In this document: positions 36,345-41,337 of the stretch, one piece after another | How the letters are laid out: the number at the start of each line of letters is the position of its first letter | How positions within the stretch are numbered: the first letter of the stretch is position 1 | NCBI GenBank assembly: GCA_017610275.1 | Contig: JAFCCI010000002.1 | Span: 1-41,337 of the forward strand | Length of the DNA: 41,337 nt | From: Candidatus Woesearchaeota archaeon | Lineage (GTDB): Archaea > Nanobdellota > Nanobdellia > Woesearchaeales > CG1-02-33-12 | Direction: 5' to 3' | Translations under genes and position numbers: made by a program | Notes under the pieces: generated by a model | What the model was told of the DNA's origin: nothing | Databases searched by the model: none | Seen by the model: the letters and a program-made list of their open reading frames with translations, nothing else

Positions 36345-36362
36345 TTTTAATAAATTTTAAAT
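36345..36362. promoter_or_regulatory. Bidirectional TATA region for the divergent tRNA pair
   Basis: TTTTAAATA lies about 26 nt before tRNA-Leu on the + strand; TTTATTAAAA lies about 20-28 nt before tRNA-Pro on the - strand. Confidence 0.55.
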
Positions 36363-36387
36363 ATCTTGCTAATTTCTCAAACAATGC

Positions 36388-36471
36388 GCGGGAGTGGCAG
36401 AGTGGCCAAATGCGCAAGGTTCAGAGCCTTGTCTCTTAGTGAGTACGCGTGTTCGAATCACGTCTCCCGCA
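36388..36471 (+). tRNA. tRNA-Leu(CAG), CCA not encoded
   Basis: GCGGGAG/CTCCCGC-A acceptor, CAAGG-TTCAGAG-CCTTG anticodon arm, long variable arm, GTTCGAATC T loop. Confidence 0.95.
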
Positions 36472-36485
36472 TAAAAACTAAAGAA

Positions 36486-37913
36486 CTATGTGATAATCTC
36501 TGATTCTGCTTCAGATTCCAATGTTATGCCCTCAACATCCACTTTCTTTTTTATAATATGCTTCTTAATCTTCAAATAGATAATGTATGTGATAATAAGA
36601 CTTAAAAACATTGTTAATGGATAAGACCACCAGATTCCTATTGTCTTTAAATTAAAAACAAAAGCAAGCACATAAGCTCCACCCATCCTTAATATAAAAT
36701 TGTGGATAATGCTTACAACCATTGAGATATCTGTACGCTTTATTCCCCTGAAGAACCCTATGAGGATATGCCTTCCAAGTCCAAGAATTATAAACGGGGA
36801 AATAATCCTTAAAAACATGGTTCCAAGATAAATAACCCCTTCATCAACTGTAAAAGCACTTACTATTTGTCTTGCAAAAATAAAGGTAAAAACACTAATA
36901 ATAATTGTTATCTTAAATCCCAGTTTTGCAGATTCTTTCAATGAAGCAAATGCCCGCCTGAAATTTCCAGCACCAAAATTCTGGGCAACTATTGTTGATA
37001 TTGCAACAGATATTGCTAATGAGGGAATCATGAAAAAACTAAATAATCTTGTGACTATCCCAAAAGCAGCCAATGTTGCAGTCCCAAAGGCGCTAACCAA
37101 ATAAGTTATCATAAAAAATCCAAAAGACATTGACCCCATTTCAAAAGTGGTTGGGATTCCAAGTTTAAGAATATCTTTTATTATCTTTATTTTTGGCTTT
37201 AGGAAATTAAGTTCAAATCTTATTCCATAGGTTCCTTTAATTAAATGATAAAGCGCAATTAAGCTTATAATTGCTCTTGAGATTACAGTGGCTAAAGCTG
37301 CTCCAAAAACACCCATTTTTGGGAAAGGTCCCAGCCCAAAAATAAGTATTGGGTCAAGAATCACATTAATAAGCACTGAGACCAAAACAAATTTCATTGG
37401 GGTTTTTGTGTTTCCCAGTGCTCTTAATGCTGCCTCAAAAACATAATAAAGAATCATAAATGAAAACCCTATAAATATCGTTCTCATGTAAATAACTGCA
37501 CTTTTAAAAACAGCCTGTTCGGAAGTTAACAATGAAACAATTTTTGGGGCAAATAAAAAGCCAATGACAGACACTACAATTGCAGCTAAAAAAAGCAGAA
37601 CAAAAGTCTGTGAGATTATAAGATTAATCTGTTTTTTGTCTTTTTCCTTTTTTGTCTTAAATGCCTTTCCTGCAGCATGTGCTATGAGTATAGAGCCGCC
37701 AACTCCAATTCCCATTGCAATAGCTATCATAACAAAAACAATTGGAAAACTGACTGTCACTGCTGCAATTGCATAGCTTCCAAGCCTGCCAACCCAGAAT
37801 GTGTCTGTTATGTTGTATGTTGACTGGAGAAAGTTTGAGATCATCATTGGCCAGGAAAGCCTTAGAATTACTTTCTTTAAGTCTCCATTCAGAATCTTTT
37901 CTGTCTCATGCAT
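36486..37913 (-). CDS. MATE-family efflux transporter
   Basis: About 12 TM segments; LSWPMM..N.LQ..YN.TDT.WVG.LG, RALGNTKTP, NVILDPILIFG, GVFGAALAT, QNFGAG. Confidence 0.95.
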   Translation of the reverse strand: MHETEKILNGDLKKVILRLSWPMMISNFLQSTYNITDTFWVGRLGSYAIAAVTVSFPIVFVMIAIAMGIGVGGSILIAHAAGKAFKTKKEKDKKQINLIISQTFVLLFLAAIVVSVIGFLFAPKIVSLLTSEQAVFKSAVIYMRTIFIGFSFMILYYVFEAALRALGNTKTPMKFVLVSVLINVILDPILIFGLGPFPKMGVFGAALATVISRAIISLIALYHLIKGTYGIRFELNFLKPKIKIIKDILKLGIPTTFEMGSMSFGFFMITYLVSAFGTATLAAFGIVTRLFSFFMIPSLAISVAISTIVAQNFGAGNFRRAFASLKESAKLGFKITIIISVFTFIFARQIVSAFTVDEGVIYLGTMFLRIISPFIILGLGRHILIGFFRGIKRTDISMVVSIIHNFILRMGGAYVLAFVFNLKTIGIWWSYPLTMFLSLIITYIIYLKIKKHIIKKKVDVEGITLESEAESEIIT

Positions 37914-37966
37914 CAAAAAAAGGGAAATGGGCTAACTTAAATAACTTTTGAGAAATTATTTCTTCA

Positions 37967-38572
37967 TTACTTCAAATGCTTATCACAATTGAATTCCTCA
38001 ACAAAAACATCATTGCCTTTAATATTAAATATTGAAACAGATGTATTGTTAAAGAAATTTTTGCTAATTTCTTTTAATGATTTTTTCAAGAGTTTTTTGA
38101 AGAACAACTTATTTATTGTGGCATGAGCAACAATTACTGAGTCTCTTTTTGTTTTAATTATTTTATCTAGAACCCTTAAAGCTCTTACATCTGTTTCTGC
38201 ATAGCTTTCTCCTTTGGGAATCTTATAGTTAAATTTGTCTTTTTCCCTTGCTTCCCATATTTCCTTGTATTTTTCCTGGATTTCCTTGTCTGTTAATCCT
38301 TCTAATATGCCAAAATCAAGTTCCTTAAGGTCTTTATCAACAATAAGCTCTGCTTTTGGATGAAATTTCTTAATCTCTTGAGCAGTTTCCAATGCTCTTT
38401 TTAACGGGCTTGTAAATATTAATTCAATATTATGGCTTTTTAGTCTTAGGGCTAATTTTCCTGCCTGCTCTTTTCCTTGTTTAGATAAATCAGTATCTTT
38501 AATGCCCTGAAGCCTAGCTGGATCTTCTTTATTCCAGCCTGTTTGTGCATGCCTTGTTATTATTAGTTTCAT
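37967..38572 (-). CDS. Histidine phosphatase (phosphoglycerate mutase family)
   Basis: LIITRHAQT.WN, SPLKRALETA, ELDFG..EG, GES, VAHA. Confidence 0.92.
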   Translation of the reverse strand: MKLIITRHAQTGWNKEDPARLQGIKDTDLSKQGKEQAGKLALRLKSHNIELIFTSPLKRALETAQEIKKFHPKAELIVDKDLKELDFGILEGLTDKEIQEKYKEIWEAREKDKFNYKIPKGESYAETDVRALRVLDKIIKTKRDSVIVAHATINKLFFKKLLKKSLKEISKNFFNNTSVSIFNIKGNDVFVEEFNCDKHLK

Positions 38573-38593
38573 AGAATGAAAAAATAAAGAATA

Positions 38594-39187
38594 TTATTTA
38601 AATTTTGCTACTGAAAAAAATTTCCATCTTTGTTGGTCAAAATAACCATTTTCCTTTAGATAATTTGTTATTTTTTCAAATGCTTGTTTAATTTTTGGAA
38701 ACTCTTTGAAGTATTTTTCTTTTTCCTCTCTTAAAAATTCTTCTGTCCAGCCTTTCCAGTCTTCTTTATAGTCTAATTCATGGATCTCTGCATCAAGCTT
38801 GTCAATTGCCTGGGCAAATTTTGCCTCTTTTGTCTTCTTTTCCTCAAACTCATTAACTAAATTCACAAATTTTGTTTTTAATTGCTTTGGAATTTCATGT
38901 TTCAGCTTATTTAATGCCTTTAATTCTCTTTCCCTTTGGTTTTTTCTTTCTTCTTTTTTATGCAGTGGTGTGTCTCCTGCCTCAATCTCTACAATATCAT
39001 GATACATCAATAATTCATATATTTTTAGCCTGTCAAGCTTAATGTCTGTAATATTTAAGAAATAATCAGCCAAGATCAAACAGCTCCAGCTATGCTCTGC
39101 AGAGCTTTCTTTCCTGTTCTCAACAGAGTTGGCCCTGTAAACCTTTTTGAGGCCATATAGTTTCCTTAATTTTATTATTTCTTCCAT
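38594..39187 (-). CDS. HD-domain hydrolase (YfbR/HDDC2-like)
   Basis: RKESSAEHSW, YHDIVEIEAGD, IDKLD. Confidence 0.92.
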   Translation of the reverse strand: MEEIIKLRKLYGLKKVYRANSVENRKESSAEHSWSCLILADYFLNITDIKLDRLKIYELLMYHDIVEIEAGDTPLHKKEERKNQRERELKALNKLKHEIPKQLKTKFVNLVNEFEEKKTKEAKFAQAIDKLDAEIHELDYKEDWKGWTEEFLREEKEKYFKEFPKIKQAFEKITNYLKENGYFDQQRWKFFSVAKFK

Positions 39188-39300
39188 TTTAATGCCAACA
39201 TTATTTAACATATAAAAATTTTGCTATATGTATTAAAACCTTTTAGAAATGCTGAAAGAATTCCTGGAATTCTTTGCTATAGTTTATTACTGGTAACACT

Positions 39301-39335
39301 TAGTGACTACTTTTTCTTGTTTTTGTAGTCACCTA
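39301..39335. repeat. Inverted-repeat site GTGACTAC-N14-GTAGTCAC at the 3' end of the fic gene
   Basis: gtgactac 39303-39310 and gtagtcac(cta) 39325-39335. Confidence 0.8.
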
Positions 39336-40263
39336 ACTTCTTCTTTAGATTCTTGTATTCTTTCATGTATAAACTTATTGTAGGTTTTAAGTTTTTGTTT
39401 AGTTCATATGCTTTTAGTGTGCTATAATATTCTACCCTGTTCTTGAAATCTATATTAATTGGTGGCAGGCCATGCTTGATCAATATATTATTTAGGAGAA
39501 TTCTTCCAACTCTTCCATTTCCATCTTTGAAAGGATGAATATTCTCAAATTGGTTATGAACTACTGCACCAAGAACCAAAGCTGGGTATTTTGTCTTATT
39601 TTTATCATACCAATTAATAAGCTCTTTTAATAAGTGGTTTATTCTTGATTGAGATGCTCCTTCATGCACAACATTTCCTTTGCTGTTCATCACAACTACT
39701 TCTTCACCTCTCTTTCTTAGCTTTCCTGCAAAAGGCTTTGCGTTTTTGAAAACTATCTTATGTATTTGTTTAATTAGAGATATTGATACATGCTCTTTTG
39801 TTCCTCTTATAAACCGTATTGCCTCATCAACGCCATATGCTTCTGCAATATCCTCTTTTGACTTTTTTGGCCATTTATCTTTTTCCAAGAGGTCATTTAC
39901 TTCTTTTTGGTTTAATCTGCTTCCTTCTATTGCGTTTGTATTATATGTAAATATTTCTGAGAAAGCCTGCCAGTCTTTTTTTGAGAGATGGGATATTTTG
40001 AGAGGAATTTTTGACTCTAATGCTTTAATTTCTTCTATCTCTTCCTTAGAGAGCTCAAAATGCAAAGGGTCTTTTATAATATTGTACTTGTGTATTTCTT
40101 CTAAAATAAGCTTTTCTGCAATTTGTTTTCTTTCGTTCAGTTTTTCTTTTGTCAAATCCTGCCCTAAGTATTTCCTAAATTTATGGACTTTTTGGCCCTC
40201 TCTGTATGAATGAGCAAGATAATACTTTATTCTCTTCCCAGATTCCCTTTTTTCTATGTGCAT
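39307..40263 (-). CDS. Fic-domain protein with an N-terminal putative DNA-binding beta domain
   Basis: TNAIEG and canonical HPFKDGNGRVGR; N-terminal YYL.HSYR.G.KV.K..KYLG. Confidence 0.93.
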   Translation of the reverse strand: MHIEKRESGKRIKYYLAHSYREGQKVHKFRKYLGQDLTKEKLNERKQIAEKLILEEIHKYNIIKDPLHFELSKEEIEEIKALESKIPLKISHLSKKDWQAFSEIFTYNTNAIEGSRLNQKEVNDLLEKDKWPKKSKEDIAEAYGVDEAIRFIRGTKEHVSISLIKQIHKIVFKNAKPFAGKLRKRGEEVVVMNSKGNVVHEGASQSRINHLLKELINWYDKNKTKYPALVLGAVVHNQFENIHPFKDGNGRVGRILLNNILIKHGLPPINIDFKNRVEYYSTLKAYELNKNLKPTISLYMKEYKNLKKKLGDYKNKKK

Positions 40264-40270
40264 GATAGTA

Positions 40271-40340
40271 TAATAGGTGACTACATATTTAAATGTTTTG
40301 GTAATAGGTGACTACATTTTGCTTATTTTGTAGTCACCTA
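40271..40340. repeat. Three TAGGTGACTACA boxes upstream of fic (two direct, one inverted)
   Basis: taataggtgactacat at 40271-40286 and 40302-40317 flank the TATA-like tatttaaat; tgtagtcaccta at 40329-40340. Confidence 0.85.
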
Positions 40341-40403
40341 AAAATTTGGTAATAAATAGGATTTGGCTACTCATTTTCCAGACAGTGTCTGGAATTTTGG
40401 AAA

Positions 40404-40766
40404 TTAGCATTTTAGCTTGCTTGTTTTTCTTTTATCTTCAATTTTATTTACATAAATCTCATTCTCACTAAAATCCTCTATTGAGTAGCATATATCTTCA
40501 TCAAAATAACATAAGATGTATCCTAGTTTTTCTGTAAGAAACCATATAATCTGGTTGTAATACTGGGGCAGACATTGAACTGTGTATCCCTTGCCAAGAT
40601 ATTCTCCTAATTTTATTTCTTTTCCCATTAAACTTTCAGCGAACTTTTTTGCTTTGATTATATCTTTTTCAAATTCTTCTCTTTTTACAGATTTGCCTAA
40701 CAATGTTTCTTCATGTTCTCCTTCATACCAATCATACTCTACCTTGAAAATGTTTAATTCTACCAT
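40404..40766 (-). CDS. Hypothetical acidic protein
   Basis: ATG 40766 follows a GGGGTGA RBS; 120 aa, no recognised motif. Confidence 0.65.
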   Translation of the reverse strand: MVELNIFKVEYDWYEGEHEETLLGKSVKREEFEKDIIKAKKFAESLMGKEIKLGEYLGKGYTVQCLPQYYNQIIWFLTEKLGYILCYFDEDICYSIEDFSENEIYVNKIEDKRKTSKLKC

Positions 40767-40972
40767 TATATTCACCCCTTAATATTTCTTTAATCTTATT
40801 TTTTTGCATATTTCAAACCTAATATGCTCTCTAGGCAAGCTTACTTATAAGCCTTATGTGGACATTTGTCCAGTGTCCAATGAAATTTTTGTTTAATTTT
40901 TAATTAATACGAAATAATTCCGGTAATTCTTTGTTAATCTTTATTAATCAGTTAATTGAAAATATTTTTACA

Positions 40973-41337
40973 GTGGAATTAAAGGAATCCCAAACAGTTG
41001 AGTTAAAGAAATCATTGTCTCAGTTAGACGATGCTTTAAAGACTGTATGCGCTTTCCTTAATCATAAAGGCGGAACTGTTTATTTTGGTGTGAATGATAA
41101 AGGAAAAGTTATTGGTTTGGAAGTTTCTGACAAAACCTTAAGGAAAATATCTCAGCAAATTATTTCAAGAATAAAGCCAGAGATTGCTCCGGAAATAAAA
41201 GAAGTAAAAGAGATACGTAAATCAATAATAAAAGTGAAAATTCCTGAAGGGAGCAATAAGCCTTATTTTCTAAATGGAATAGCTTATAAAAAGGTTGGAA
41301 CTGAAAAAAGAGTTATCCCGCCAGATGAGCTAAAGAG
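40973..41337 (+). CDS. Schlafen/AlbA_2-domain protein, 3'-truncated by the window edge (absent from the ORF track)
   Basis: Hand translation MELKESQTVELKKS...KTVCAFLNHKGGTVYFGVNDKG...KPY..NG.AYKKVG matches the AlbA_2 pattern. Confidence 0.88.
   Translation, partial: MELKESQTVELKKSLSQLDDALKTVCAFLNHKGGTVYFGVNDKGKVIGLEVSDKTLRKISQQIISRIKPEIAPEIKEVKEIRKSIIKVKIPEGSNKPYFLNGIAYKKVGTEKRVIPPDELK

Noticed and set aside
36175-36360. 61-aa ORF and GC-rich patch suggesting a novel ncRNA or small protein
   Set aside because: Fully explained as the antisense of the intron-containing tRNA-Pro.
40271-40340. Short repeats resembling a mini CRISPR array
   Set aside because: Only 16-bp repeats with a 15-bp gap, mixed orientation and no cas genes; better explained as operator or recombination sites.
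40779-40845. Short minus-strand frame (LPREHIRFEICKKIRLKKY) as a gene remnant
   Set aside because: Too short and unrecognisable to support.

Overview
An AT-rich archaeal chromosome segment, most consistent with a DPANN/Woesearchaeota-type organism. Evidence: archaeal rps19e-PDCD5-rpl39e-rpl31e order, Cbf5, Dph2, archaeal/eukaryotic-type ProRS, TATA-box promoters, GGTGA/GGAGG ribosome-binding sites, and a tRNA with a bulge-helix-bulge (BHB) intron. The left end holds a bacterial-type MEP isoprenoid operon (ispG partial, ispD, ispF, ispE, ispH) converging on uppS. The main find is a ~14-kb minus-strand accessory island (about 3971-17708) that appears to encode a complete ubiquitin-like conjugation system. 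Its genes are a candidate Ubl modifier (with a second paralog), an E2-like protein, a JAB isopeptidase, a tandem inactive+active ThiF E1, a membrane-anchored JAB-HTH-TM-LysM protein, a transglutaminase-like protease, a second TM-LysM protein and two lipoprotein-like genes. A 41-bp promoter element recurs three times in the island. Other notable items: three genes that appear to start at ATT/ATC behind well-placed ribosome-binding sites; tRNA-Pro(CGG) with a 79-nt T-loop (59/60) intron next to proS; a Fic gene bracketed by identical-architecture inverted-repeat sites; a truncated Dph2; and a MoxR/vWA/DUF58 operon. All calls come from motif reading by eye, with no database searches. The Ubl and E2 assignments are inferences.
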